Shown here: positions 31,948 to 41,747 of the stretch, piece by piece | Numbering within the stretch: the stretch's first letter is position 1 | Layout of the letters: the number at the start of each line of letters is the position of its first letter | IMG/VR virus record: IMGVR_UViG_3300045988_109352 | DNA length: 64,000 bases | Source of the DNA: a virus | Reading direction: 5' to 3' (one strand) | Translations under genes and position numbers: made by a program | The notes under the pieces: generated by a model | Database searches by the model: none | What the model was told of the DNA's origin: nothing | The model's input: only the letters and a program-made list of their open reading frames with translations

Positions 31948-32331
31948 ATGAACATGTTCAATACAAACTCTACTACCGTCATGCAGTCCAAGTTGTTGCT
32001 TGGCTTGGGTATTGACCCTCGGACGGCAGATTTGACCTTGCACGACGAGGAACGCGACATACCTCTTTGGAGTATGATGCGTCTGATAGACATGATTCCC
32101 GGCTTTATTGTGGATGATGATGGTTATACATACTCATTTACCATAAGTAAGGGGACATACGTGTATAATCTGTCCTATACCCGTAAGACCAAGCATGGGG
32201 AGAAGACTTTAATCTCCTTTCACAATCCGGTAGACAGCTTTGGCGAAACGGTCATTCTGATTATCAAATGGCTGTTTGATATGAAGCTGTTTCCGACCAA
32301 ATACATGGCGAAATACGTTAAAAAGAAATGA
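31948..32331 (+). CDS. hypothetical protein
   Basis: First ATG outside the T2 right end (MNMFNTNSTT...). Confidence 0.5.
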   Translation: MNMFNTNSTTVMQSKLLLGLGIDPRTADLTLHDEERDIPLWSMMRLIDMIPGFIVDDDGYTYSFTISKGTYVYNLSYTRKTKHGEKTLISFHNPVDSFGETVILIIKWLFDMKLFPTKYMAKYVKKK

Positions 32332-32534
32332 GGTTGACTATTTACTGGACTAAGGAGGCTATGCACAAGCCTTCCGATGGTTCACCAAGAATGTATGACC
32401 GTATTGTCAAACGCTTCGGATTCTCTGATTATATCAGCATCAATGGTGAAACACCCGTTGATGTTAAGGAGATTGACCTTCCGGATTTGAAGGTTGCCGA
32501 GGAGCGTGGCTACATACAGATAAGAAACAAGTGA
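32328..32534 (+). CDS. hypothetical protein
   Basis: Packed plus train. Confidence 0.45.
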   Translation: MRLTIYWTKEAMHKPSDGSPRMYDRIVKRFGFSDYISINGETPVDVKEIDLPDLKVAEERGYIQIRNK

Positions 32535-32535
32535 T

Positions 32536-33168
32536 ATGAATGAATATGAAGATACACATGTAGTTGTTTCCGAACGGGAAGCACTAATATCCACTGTCAG
32601 CTATAATATTATGGCTACTAACGACCTTGCTTGTGCTACAGTGATATTTGCACTGTTTAGGTTAAGGAAAAGTCCCTTTTACCGCTTTCGTGTAAAGCAG
32701 TTGGCGAATAAGGTTGAGCTTGAAAGAAGAAAGTATGAAAAGGTAATAAATACCCTCATGGCTGATTCCTCTGCTAAGTTTGCCGATTCCAATGATATTT
32801 TCATGGACGCTATTCAAGATGAAGTTGATGCTCTGTTTAATTCTATTAAAGGTGAGTATGACAAGTCTTGTGTCGAGGATTCAGAGCTTTTCAGTTGGCT
32901 GGAAATGGCAAGGACTATGTGTGATTATAGTTGTTGCCAGTTGAAGTACCGCAGGCAGGAGATGATTGCCAAATACCCTTCGTTCAAGAGGCTTAAATTT
33001 GCCCATTTAGACTTGAATAGGATGTCACAGCTAATGAATGAGCTTATGAAGGCTTTAGTTCCCGATGTGGATTTGAATACTGATGCGTGCAACAAGGCTA
33101 TTCGGGAATTAGGAAAAAAGCTGATTGACCCGGATATTATTGCTAAGGCATTGTTAAGACAAGAATAA
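32536..33168 (+). CDS. hypothetical protein
   Basis: 210-aa ORF. Confidence 0.55.
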   Translation: MNEYEDTHVVVSEREALISTVSYNIMATNDLACATVIFALFRLRKSPFYRFRVKQLANKVELERRKYEKVINTLMADSSAKFADSNDIFMDAIQDEVDALFNSIKGEYDKSCVEDSELFSWLEMARTMCDYSCCQLKYRRQEMIAKYPSFKRLKFAHLDLNRMSQLMNELMKALVPDVDLNTDACNKAIRELGKKLIDPDIIAKALLRQE

Positions 33169-33210
33169 CTAACCATTATAACTAAAAGTTATAGTATAAA
33201 AAATGTAAAA

Positions 33211-33456
33211 ATGAAAGAAGTAACTAAATTGGTTCTACACCATGATTTGGAGGATTTGGTAAAATTTCAGACCTCAGAGATAAAGTCTATGTTTGAGATG
33301 TACTCACAAGCAGTTAAGGATGGATGTGAAGAAGACTTTGACTGTGCCATATCTATAAAGAAGGATATTCTGATATGTTTGAGTATGCTTAATGAAATAT
33401 CTATGAGTGAAGATGATTTAGAAAAGAAGTTTGAAACTGACATAAATTTGAATTAA
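33211..33456 (+). CDS. hypothetical acidic protein
   Basis: Packed plus train. Confidence 0.45.
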   Translation: MKEVTKLVLHHDLEDLVKFQTSEIKSMFEMYSQAVKDGCEEDFDCAISIKKDILICLSMLNEISMSEDDLEKKFETDINLN

Positions 33457-33457
33457 A

Positions 33458-34363
33458 ATGGATAATCTTTTTGCAGATGAAATAGAACAAACTGCAATAC
33501 TTCGCATTCAGAAATTCGCTAAAATAGCCGAAACATTAGGATTTGAAGTTAGATTGGGATTTTCGGGAGGCAAGGACAGTCAAGTCGTTTATGACTTATG
33601 TCTTCGTTCCGGAATAAATTTTAGAGCATTCTTTAATCACGCATTGGAAAGCTCCACTACTTTAAAATTTATTAGAGAAAAATATCCCGATGTGATTTGG
33701 CGAAGAAACCATAAGTTTGGTTTTATTGAAAATATATGGAGAAATCATGGTGGACTTTTGCCGACTGTTCAAATGGCTTATTGTTGCAATGATTATAAGC
33801 ATAATCCTAAATATGTAGATGAATGTAGTATTGTAGGTGTTAGAAAAGCTGAAAGTGCTTCAAGGTCTAAAAGGACAACTTTTGAAGCTAAGAATAAGAC
33901 TTTTCTTAAAAAGAATAAGGCATTAGTGGATGATTATTTTGAGGAGCATTGTCAATCAACGGGTACGGCTGGTATTATTCAGTTAAAGCCTATTATAGAT
34001 TGGAGTGACAATGATGTTTGGTCGTACATAAACAAACATAACTTGCCAGTTAATCCCGAATATTTGAATGGGTCTAAAAGAGTTGGTTGTATTGTTTGTC
34101 CTAAAGCCAACTTAAATTCCAATGCTCAGTATTTGATAGAGCATCCCAGCTTGATTGATGCTTTTATAAAAGCAAGAGAAAAAGGCTCATTAGATATTGA
34201 CTGGATAATAACATCAGATAATAAGGATTATTCAGATGATAAATGTTATTATATTTGTAGATGGTTAAACCATTCCTTTTCACCATTTACAAAGAGGCAA
34301 GAAAAATGGTATGAGTTAATTAAACAATCGTATTTAAAATATAAAGAAAATGGACGTAAATAG
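33458..34363 (+). CDS. PAPS reductase-family PP-loop protein
   Basis: GFSGGKDSQVVYDL PP-loop motif. Cys-containing C-terminal part. Confidence 0.7.
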   Translation: MDNLFADEIEQTAILRIQKFAKIAETLGFEVRLGFSGGKDSQVVYDLCLRSGINFRAFFNHALESSTTLKFIREKYPDVIWRRNHKFGFIENIWRNHGGLLPTVQMAYCCNDYKHNPKYVDECSIVGVRKAESASRSKRTTFEAKNKTFLKKNKALVDDYFEEHCQSTGTAGIIQLKPIIDWSDNDVWSYINKHNLPVNPEYLNGSKRVGCIVCPKANLNSNAQYLIEHPSLIDAFIKAREKGSLDIDWIITSDNKDYSDDKCYYICRWLNHSFSPFTKRQEKWYELIKQSYLKYKENGRK

Positions 34364-34799
34364 AATTGAAGTAGAGGGAAATCTTACTAAAGACCCGGAA
34401 TTGAAGACAAGTAAGAACGGTCAAAGTTTTGCATTTATTACAGTATGCGCAAGCTATCCTAAAGGCAAAGCTCCTAATGTGGAATGGATTCCAGAGTTTT
34501 TCGATGTTACATTGTTTGGTGCGGATGCTGAGGAGATATGCCAATATGCTAAGAAAGGTAGTCGTATTTGGGTATCGGGTATGATGCGTTCTACTATAAA
34601 CCAAGATACAAAGGTGAAATATTGGAGTATCATTGCCAACAATGCTCATGTTTTGATAAAACGTGGAAAGAAGGAAGCTTCTACTACTGGGCAGCAGCCA
34701 GCCCCAGCCGTACAGCAGCAGATTAAGCAAGCTCAACAAGTAGCAGCACAAGCCTTTAATCAGCCTTCCCCAAATGACCCAGATGGATTACCCTTTTAA
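34350..34799 (+). CDS. ssb: single-stranded DNA-binding protein
   Basis: [23 protein letters not shown]-fold start, a Q/P-rich linker and an acidic tail PDGLPF. Confidence 0.85.
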   Translation: MDVNRIEVEGNLTKDPELKTSKNGQSFAFITVCASYPKGKAPNVEWIPEFFDVTLFGADAEEICQYAKKGSRIWVSGMMRSTINQDTKVKYWSIIANNAHVLIKRGKKEASTTGQQPAPAVQQQIKQAQQVAAQAFNQPSPNDPDGLPF

Positions 34800-34801
34800 T
34801 T

Positions 34802-35332
34802 ATGGAAGAAAAAGAAAAGAAATGCTTTAAATGCAATAAAATAAAGCCACTATCCGATTTTTATAAGCATTCTCAAATGGCTGACGGTCATTTAAATAAA
34901 TGTAAGGAGTGTACAAAAAAAGATTCTATTAGACGATACAATGTAAAATCTATAGATGATGAATGGGTAGAAAAGGAAAGGCTTAGAGGAAGAGAGAAAT
35001 ATAAAAGACTTAATTATAAAGGTAAATATATTAAGTTTTATCATAAAAATGTAACTTATCGAAATATTAATCGTAGATTAAAGAATTTAGGATATGATAT
35101 GAAAGATAAGGAAGCCCATCATTGGAATTATAATTTAATGAAGTCTGTTTTTATTTTATCAAGAAAAGCTCATAAGTTATTACATAAATATATATATGTA
35201 AATTCTAATGATTTATTTTGCTATACTAATGAAGGAGTTAAAATTGAAACATTAGAACAAGCCACTGATATATTTACTAAAATATTATTAGAACATAACT
35301 GTAATGATAAAATTGAACATATATTATTATGA
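34802..35332 (+). CDS. HNH-type homing endonuclease-like protein
   Basis: [16 protein letters not shown]...GHLNKCKEC zinc motif and EAHHWNYN. Inserted between ssb and the recombination genes. Confidence 0.5.
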   Translation: MEEKEKKCFKCNKIKPLSDFYKHSQMADGHLNKCKECTKKDSIRRYNVKSIDDEWVEKERLRGREKYKRLNYKGKYIKFYHKNVTYRNINRRLKNLGYDMKDKEAHHWNYNLMKSVFILSRKAHKLLHKYIYVNSNDLFCYTNEGVKIETLEQATDIFTKILLEHNCNDKIEHILL

Positions 35333-35643
35333 GGGAGTTGGAATTAAAATTTAACGGTAAGGGCAGTATGAAGCCTTTCCGTTTCCAGCAGATTAACAAA
35401 GGTAACAATGCGTACATTTACATGGTTGAGATTATTGAGAATCCGAGTGTACGATGGTATGAGGTATTCAGACGTAGGGAATGTAGCGACACTGATGTAG
35501 TTCTTAACGGTCAGACAGTTCATTACGAGGCAAGAGTTCTATATCCCACAGCTAACGATTTTGGTGTCAGTGCTTTTTGTTGTCAGACACTTAGCAGGGC
35601 ATTGGAACATTTTAACCGATGGGAGAATGGAAGAGAAGATTGA
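35329..35643 (+). CDS. hypothetical protein
   Basis: Packed plus train. Confidence 0.5.
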   Translation: MRELELKFNGKGSMKPFRFQQINKGNNAYIYMVEIIENPSVRWYEVFRRRECSDTDVVLNGQTVHYEARVLYPTANDFGVSAFCCQTLSRALEHFNRWENGRED

Positions 35644-35863
35644 TAGAGTTTTGGCTTTGCTGGAAGAGAACAATGAAATTCTTAAAGAAATCAAGTCTAA
35701 GATTGAGATGTCTGAATCGGAGGAGTGCGTGACTAAGCGTACACTTCACGATTTCATCAACAATGTTGTTGCAGACCTCTTTGCGGATATGCTGTTGCAG
35801 CCTAAAGGCAGAGGTCACGTAAGTAGGGAAGATATTATGCAATTTATTAACAAAATGAAGTGA
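35627..35863 (+). CDS. hypothetical protein
   Basis: ATG at 35627 ([15 protein letters not shown]...). Confidence 0.4.
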   Translation: MEEKIDRVLALLEENNEILKEIKSKIEMSESEECVTKRTLHDFINNVVADLFADMLLQPKGRGHVSREDIMQFINKMK

Positions 35864-35864
35864 T

Positions 35865-36848
35865 ATGGAGAACAATTATGATTACAAGGACGAGATTATA
35901 TCGTCCAGAGTTGGAGCATTAGGTGGCTCAGATGGAAAAGTACTTGCCGCCATAGCCAATAACGGTTGTGTTCAAAGAGGGCAAGTAGAGCGTCTTGCCA
36001 TTGCCAAAGGTCTGTATGAAAGACCAAACATTACTAATCTTGCCATGCAGTACGGTGATTTCATAGAAAATATGATTTATGACAGCTTGGTGCAAGTAGA
36101 TGAGCGTTGGGAGAGCAATAAATGCTTTAGAAGTCAGAAATACGGGCGTGAAGGACTTGGTTTGCTCGTGCATATTGATTTCTCTCTTTTTGACGAGAGT
36201 AGGGATAAGCCATTGCTCTTATGGGTCGAATGTAAGGCTACTACTACTGACATCGAGCAGACTTATAAAGATTATAAGGAACAACTTTATGTTGAGTATG
36301 TGCTTGGTAAGGAATTGGCAGAGCAGTTAGGTGCTGATTTTAAACTTGAACTTTGTCATTATGATGCTTCTGTCATGTTTGAGGACGAATCGCAGCTACA
36401 GTTTGCTTTTGACCCCGATAAGATAAGCAGAAAGAAGGTGATATTCAAGAAGCCAGTATTTGATATTGCTTCTGGAATGGATATTGCCGCCCAGTACGTG
36501 TCCGAAATGACTGAATACAAACGTGAGGAAATAGATTGGGATTATTTGCCTGCCGAGGTTCAAGAACAGATGAAGCAAGTAAACAACATTCTTGTTTCAA
36601 TAAAGGAGAAGCAAGACAGCATAGAAGAGTTTAAATCCCGTTTCTATGATTTCTTGTGCAAGAATGAAATTAAGAGTGTAAAGACCCCCTATTTTACTAT
36701 TAGTAGAGTAGATGAAGCCATATCTATGCAATTCGATAAGGTAAAGTTTGCGTCTGAGCATCCCGAACTGGTTGCTGAATACCAGAAGGAAGTCAAGAAG
36801 AAAGGTTATGTACTGATTAAGACTAAGGAGGTGAAGGATGAAAAGTAA
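35865..36848 (+). CDS. YqaJ/lambda-Exo-like recombination exonuclease
   Basis: RVGALGGSDGKVLAAI N-terminal motif and PD-(D/E)xK-like HIDFSL...LLLWVECKAT. Lies upstream of recT. Confidence 0.65.
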   Translation: MENNYDYKDEIISSRVGALGGSDGKVLAAIANNGCVQRGQVERLAIAKGLYERPNITNLAMQYGDFIENMIYDSLVQVDERWESNKCFRSQKYGREGLGLLVHIDFSLFDESRDKPLLLWVECKATTTDIEQTYKDYKEQLYVEYVLGKELAEQLGADFKLELCHYDASVMFEDESQLQFAFDPDKISRKKVIFKKPVFDIASGMDIAAQYVSEMTEYKREEIDWDYLPAEVQEQMKQVNNILVSIKEKQDSIEEFKSRFYDFLCKNEIKSVKTPYFTISRVDEAISMQFDKVKFASEHPELVAEYQKEVKKKGYVLIKTKEVKDEK

Positions 36849-37260
36849 GATTATAAAGGCTGTGGGGAAAGAGATAGTTTCTCTCCTCTTTATCATATTG
36901 TCTATAATTGGTGTGCTTTGCATAGGACATTTTCTTTACTCCATCAGTAATATGTTAGTATGGATAGTCTTAGGTATTCTTTTTTTAGGTTATATTGGCA
37001 GTGTAGTATATTCATGTATTGATGCTCCTGCCGTTTCCTATTGGTACATTGTCTATTATCATAGTAGAGGTCAAGCTTCTTTATTTCTACCTAAAGAAGA
37101 TGATTTTTTCAATGTGGAGTATTACCGTAATCTTATAGAGAAGGAAGCTGGGTATAGGGTTATGATTTTAGATTGGAAAGAATTTACAGAAGAACAATAT
37201 CAATTAATTTTAAAAGAATATGAGCGAGAACAAAGTAACGGGATTGCAAAGGCTGAATAG
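36838..37260 (+). CDS. membrane protein (three spans plus a soluble tail)
   Basis: Hydrophobic N-terminal half. Sits between the exonuclease and recT. Confidence 0.5.
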   Translation: MKSKIIKAVGKEIVSLLFIILSIIGVLCIGHFLYSISNMLVWIVLGILFLGYIGSVVYSCIDAPAVSYWYIVYYHSRGQASLFLPKEDDFFNVEYYRNLIEKEAGYRVMILDWKEFTEEQYQLILKEYEREQSNGIAKAE

Positions 37261-38068
37261 CTACATATCCCACAATGCAACCCAAGAGTATTTGAAAAAG
37301 GTATTGAGTGATAAAAAGGATGCTTTTGTAAGCAACTTGGTATCTTTAGTAGCTAACAATGCAAAATTGCAGGAATGTGAGCCAGCAACGCTTATGTATG
37401 GTGCTATTCGTGCTACTGCATCCGATTTGCCGCTTGACCCTGCTTTTGGTTGTGCTTATCTGATACCTTATAAGAACAATAAATTAGGTATTACAGAAGC
37501 GCAATTCCAGATTGGGTATAGAGCTTATGGGCAGTTGGCATTACGGAGTGGACTGTTTAAGTGTATTAATGATACAGACGTAAGGGAAGGCGAGCTTGTA
37601 AATCGTAACCGATTGACGGGTCAAATAGATTTTAATTTTGAACAAGACGATAAAAGGCGTTCTGAACTTCCCATTATCGGTTATGTATCTTACTTCCAGC
37701 TTTTGAACGGATTTGAGAGCACATTATATATGTCAGTAGAGGAACTGAAAGCTCACGGTCTGCGCTATTCGCAGACATATAGAAGTCAGTATGCTAATGT
37801 GCGTGATAGTTCAAAATGGGTAACTGATTTCCATGAAATGTGCCGGAAGACTGTAATTAAGTTGCACTTATCTCGAAAAGCTCCATTGTCAGTCGAAATG
37901 CAGAATGCCATACGGGACGACCAAGCTGTATTCCGTAGTGCAGATACTCCGGAATATGTAGATACCACTGGTGACGAGCCTTTGATTGACAAGGATAAAG
38001 CTTCAAAGGTAGCAGCAATGTTTGATGATGCTAAAATAGTTGATGAAAACGTTGGTAGCAAGAAGTAA
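37220..38068 (+). CDS. recT: RecT-family single-strand annealing protein
   Basis: LVSLVANNAKLQECEPATLMYGAIRATASDLPLDP, AYLIPYKN and FQIGYRAYGQLALRSG. Confidence 0.8.
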   Translation: MSENKVTGLQRLNSYISHNATQEYLKKVLSDKKDAFVSNLVSLVANNAKLQECEPATLMYGAIRATASDLPLDPAFGCAYLIPYKNNKLGITEAQFQIGYRAYGQLALRSGLFKCINDTDVREGELVNRNRLTGQIDFNFEQDDKRRSELPIIGYVSYFQLLNGFESTLYMSVEELKAHGLRYSQTYRSQYANVRDSSKWVTDFHEMCRKTVIKLHLSRKAPLSVEMQNAIRDDQAVFRSADTPEYVDTTGDEPLIDKDKASKVAAMFDDAKIVDENVGSKK

Positions 38069-38132
38069 TATGCTTATATTTGCACAGTAATACGTGACGT
38101 GCGTGTTGCGACCAACTTCATATCATTTGGGG

Positions 38133-38165
38133 AAGCCTCGGTTAATCCGAGGCTTTTTCTTTTGA
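38133..38165 (+). terminator. intrinsic terminator after recT
   Basis: AGCCTCGG-TTAAT-CCGAGGCT followed by TTTTCTTTTG. Confidence 0.65.
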
Positions 38166-38212
38166 AGTTAAAAAAAAGTTTGTATCTTTGTGGAAATTTA
38201 AAATCTAATGAT

Positions 38213-38701
38213 ATGAGCAAGATTTACGTTGGTTTGGATAATGGCGTTTCCGGCAGCATCGGTATTGTCGGAGATGATATTGAATCCGTTTTTGTCAAGA
38301 CACCCGTCAAAAAAGTACAAGATTATACAAAGGCAAAGAAAGAAGTGTCCCGGTTGGATTACAGCAAATTTATGGAACTGTTTTCCAAATACAACAAGAA
38401 TGACATTACGCTTCTGATGGAGCGTCCTCTTGTAAATCCAAGCCGCTTTGCATCTACTGCATCAGCGTTACGTTGCCATGAGGCAGAACTTATTATGATT
38501 GAAGTAATGGGTATTCGCCACATGTTTGTAGATTCTAAGGAATGGCAAAAAGAACTTCTTCCAAAGGGCTGTAGTGGGGAAGAGCTTAAAAAAGCTTCTT
38601 TAGATATAGGGAACCGCTTGTTTCCACAGTTTGATAATATTAAACACCCAGATAGAGATGGCATTCTAATTGCAGAATATGCCCGACGCAACCACTTTTA
38701 G
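38213..38701 (+). CDS. RuvC-fold Holliday junction resolvase-like protein
   Basis: IYVGLDNGVSGS, LLMERP and DRDGILIAEYA acidic motifs. Confidence 0.6.
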   Translation: MSKIYVGLDNGVSGSIGIVGDDIESVFVKTPVKKVQDYTKAKKEVSRLDYSKFMELFSKYNKNDITLLMERPLVNPSRFASTASALRCHEAELIMIEVMGIRHMFVDSKEWQKELLPKGCSGEELKKASLDIGNRLFPQFDNIKHPDRDGILIAEYARRNHF

Positions 38702-38732
38702 TTTTTTTACTTCATAAATTAGTTATTCGTGT

Positions 38733-38770
38733 AAGCCGTAGTGTTCCAATACATTACGGCTTTTTATTTG
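38733..38770 (+). terminator. intrinsic terminator
   Basis: AAGCCGTA ... TACGGCTT followed by TTTTATTTG. Confidence 0.6.
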
Positions 38771-38840
38771 GACTTCGTAAAGTTCATTCGGTTCTCCGCG
38801 TGAATAGGGCTTACTTTGCACAAACCAAAACAATACTTGT

Positions 38841-38993
38841 ATGGGAAAACCGAAGAAAGAAACAGTTAGGAAATTGAGGGGTCTTATGATATTAGACCAA
38901 ATGGAAGATTATACTCCTTTACATAAGCTACACAATCTTTCCAACGAATTGATAGAAACAGTTTCAAAAACTAAAAAGAAGAAGTCCTTATGA
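38841..38993 (+). CDS. small hypothetical protein (50 aa)
   Basis: Hand-translated MGKPKKETVRKLRGLMILDQ...; ATGA overlap with the next gene. Confidence 0.3.
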   Translation: MGKPKKETVRKLRGLMILDQMEDYTPLHKLHNLSNELIETVSKTKKKKSL

Positions 38994-39289
38994 GAATTAT
39001 CAATCTTTATCAAGAAACACTCGGCATTGTAAGTGATTGTTGCAAGGTCAGCAAAGAAAAAATCATATCCTCAAAGAAGGAGGAATGTGTGAATGCTCGT
39101 TATATTCTTGTCAGCATCTTGGGAGAATGGTACACAGACAATGAGATAGCCGAGCTTACTGGCTTATCTCGTCCTTGTACAAATAAGATTAGGAACAAGT
39201 TCAAATCTCGTCTTAAACGTTACAATGTCAACTGCCAGTATCAAGAAGCTAAAGAAAGAGCGTTTACGGTGTTCCGAAATGGCGATTAG
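38990..39289 (+). CDS. DnaA C-terminal-domain-like HTH protein
   Basis: CVNARYILVSILGEWYTDNEIAELTGLSRPCTNKIRNKF. Confidence 0.4.
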   Translation: MRIINLYQETLGIVSDCCKVSKEKIISSKKEECVNARYILVSILGEWYTDNEIAELTGLSRPCTNKIRNKFKSRLKRYNVNCQYQEAKERAFTVFRNGD

Positions 39290-39387
39290 TTCCGAACTTG
39301 ATACAAACTATTCTTTTAGTAACAAACTTCACCGTTAATTTGTCAAGCCCTAATATTGGGGCAATTAACAATTAAAAGTAAAGATAT

Positions 39388-40296
39388 ATGGAATCAAAAA
39401 CAGTTGTGTACACCCCCGAAGCTGGTGGTGGTAACAGTGGAATGATGGCTATGCTTGCCCCTCTGTTGCAGCAGAAAGGTATTGACCCTAACTTGTTGGT
39501 TGCTATGAACGGTAAGAATGGCAATAACGGTTTTGGTGGAGATGGTTCATGGTTTATGTGGATAATCTTCTTGTTCTTCTTGTTCCCGTTGTTCGGACGT
39601 AACGGATGGGGTGGCAATGATGGCGGCTGTGGCGGTGGTGCTGGTGCTCCCGGATTGGCTGGTCTTATCAACAACGATAATGGTCGTGAGTTACTTATGA
39701 GCGCAATTCAAGGCAACGGTCAAGCTATCAACAATCTGGCTACTAACTTGAACTGTTCAGTAGGTCAGATTCAGCAAGCTATCAACGGTGTAAGTGCTAA
39801 AGTTGCAGAAGTTGGCTGTCAAGTAGGTATGTCCTCACAACAGATTATCAACTCAATCCAAGCTGGTAACTGTCAGATAGCTAACCAAATGGCACAGTGC
39901 TGCTGCGATGTGAAGGGAGCAATCCAACAGCAGGGTTACGAAAACCGCATTGCTACAATCAACCAGACAGATGATTTGAAGTCTAATGCTAATACTCAGT
40001 TCAATATTCTGGGTGCTAAGATTGACGCTCAAACTCAGATTATCAATGATAAGTTCTGTCAGCTTGAAATGCGCGAAATGCAGAATAAGATTGATACATT
40101 ACGTGCTGAGAAATCGGCATTGGAGCTTAGTGCATCACAGCAAGCACAAACAGCTAATATCGTAAATCAGCTTCGCACTCCTGCGCCCATTCCAGCTTAT
40201 TGTGTGCCGAACCCTAACTGTTGCTATGGCTATCCGTTTGTGAACGCCTATGCTACTGGTTATGCGGCAGGCGAAGGCTGTGGCTGCGGTTGCTAA
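39388..40296 (+). CDS. Gly/Gln/Cys-rich membrane-anchored protein of unknown function
   Basis: One hydrophobic span WFMWIIFLFFLFPLF flanked by G/N-rich tracts. Q/N-rich helical region with a QCCCD cluster. C-terminus EGCGCGC. Confidence 0.6.
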   Translation: MESKTVVYTPEAGGGNSGMMAMLAPLLQQKGIDPNLLVAMNGKNGNNGFGGDGSWFMWIIFLFFLFPLFGRNGWGGNDGGCGGGAGAPGLAGLINNDNGRELLMSAIQGNGQAINNLATNLNCSVGQIQQAINGVSAKVAEVGCQVGMSSQQIINSIQAGNCQIANQMAQCCCDVKGAIQQQGYENRIATINQTDDLKSNANTQFNILGAKIDAQTQIINDKFCQLEMREMQNKIDTLRAEKSALELSASQQAQTANIVNQLRTPAPIPAYCVPNPNCCYGYPFVNAYATGYAAGEGCGCGC

Positions 40297-40351
40297 TAAT
40301 CCATAGGGGGCTTTGTGTCCCCTATAATATTAACTCTTAAAATAAAGGAAT

Positions 40352-40894
40352 ATGACTACCTATTTTAACAATGGTGTTTCCGTAGCGAGAAGGGTAATTG
40401 TACCCAAAATAGACGTTGCAGGCATTCCCGTAATTGAAACTTCGGGATATGTAGAAACTACAGATGAAGCTACTCCTACAGTAGATTATGGAATTAACCC
40501 ATGTATCTGGCGTGCCCTTCCAAACCGTACAGTAGTTCTTTGGAAAGTTCGTCACCCGGTTAGTACAGCAGGAGCTACATTACCCGTTAATGTAGTTGTT
40601 CCGATGGCAAACCGAAACAGTACAGTAGTTTCAGAGAATAGCAATGTGGGAACGACTAAAATTCCAGTTATTGACAATAAGTCTACGCAAGTTCAAGGTC
40701 ACGATGTAACTGTTCCACAAGGTACAGCCGCACCAGCACCACAAGTTCAAGCAGGATATACTACCGAACATTGGGTCTATATTGACAAATGCTGTGGAAT
40801 ATTCAGACTTATGGGAGTAACCGCAATCAACAGTCCGGCAGAAGCGGCAGTACCTAATCAGTCTGCATCTGCTTCATCCGCAAAGAGTAAGTAA
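40352..40894 (+). CDS. hypothetical protein
   Basis: 180 aa with an A/S/P-rich tail. Confidence 0.55.
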   Translation: MTTYFNNGVSVARRVIVPKIDVAGIPVIETSGYVETTDEATPTVDYGINPCIWRALPNRTVVLWKVRHPVSTAGATLPVNVVVPMANRNSTVVSENSNVGTTKIPVIDNKSTQVQGHDVTVPQGTAAPAPQVQAGYTTEHWVYIDKCCGIFRLMGVTAINSPAEAAVPNQSASASSAKSK

Positions 40895-40912
40895 CAATTA
40901 AAAGTTTAGACT

Positions 40913-41446
40913 ATGTTTGGTTCATTAAAGCAAGGGAATATTTGCTATATTCTTATCAAAGGTGAGAAACCAATATTGAAGATAGGAACGGTTGAATCCG
41001 TATCTAATCCTATGCCTAAATATCCTACCTATAATCCTTCTGTGCCTTTTGGAGCACAGCAGGAAACAGTTATAGATGCGAAGATAAAGGCTGGTGAAGA
41101 GGTTATGGAATTTCAGAAACTTCCTACAAATGTGGAGGTATTTACCTATTCTAATGCTATTGTGTCGGACAAGAAGGAAGCAATTCTTTCAGAGGTTGAG
41201 AATATGATTCAGACCAGCCGTCAGATAGTGGAAAGCAGAGATTACCATCAATCTGTAATAGAAAGCTGCGATGATATATTGAAACAACTCAATCCTCAGT
41301 TTGCCAAAGAGAAACAGCAGGAAGAGAAAATCGGTTCTTTAGAATCAGAAGTTAAATCTTTAAAAGGTGATTTGAATGACATCAAGTCCCTGCTTCAAGA
41401 ACTGAATAGTTCTAACAGAAACAGTAAAACAACATCTAAAACGTAA
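40913..41446 (+). CDS. hypothetical coiled-coil protein
   Basis: C-terminal heptad-like region. Confidence 0.55.
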   Translation: MFGSLKQGNICYILIKGEKPILKIGTVESVSNPMPKYPTYNPSVPFGAQQETVIDAKIKAGEEVMEFQKLPTNVEVFTYSNAIVSDKKEAILSEVENMIQTSRQIVESRDYHQSVIESCDDILKQLNPQFAKEKQQEEKIGSLESEVKSLKGDLNDIKSLLQELNSSNRNSKTTSKT

Positions 41447-41451
41447 ATAGT

Positions 41452-41685
41452 ATGGGAATGATAGAAATTTCTCAAAGAGGTCGTGGTGGTGTCAAAGATG
41501 CCTACGATAACTTCAAAGAGAGCATGAAGTGCTTGAAGGAAGACTTTGAAACCCTTTTGGACGAAATGGAAGAAATGGGTGAACGTCGTGAAGATTACGG
41601 ACGCGAGTACGATAGAGACTACGACCGTGATTATGACCGGGAAGACCGTATGAGCGAGCGTAGAGGTCGCCGTCGCCGTCGTTGA
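41452..41685 (+). CDS. highly charged small protein with DRDY repeats and a poly-Arg tail
   Basis: REYDRDYDRDYDREDRMSERRGRRRRR. Confidence 0.5.
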   Translation: MGMIEISQRGRGGVKDAYDNFKESMKCLKEDFETLLDEMEEMGERREDYGREYDRDYDRDYDREDRMSERRGRRRRR

Positions 41686-41696
41686 TAATGTAGTAG

Positions 41697-41726
41697 AGGG
41701 GAGGAGATTATTCTCCCCTTTTGTTT
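41697..41726 (+). terminator. intrinsic terminator
   Basis: AGGGGAG-GAGATTATT-CTCCCCT followed by TTTGTTT. Confidence 0.65.
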
Positions 41727-41747
41727 AACTAATAAATATTCAGTAAA

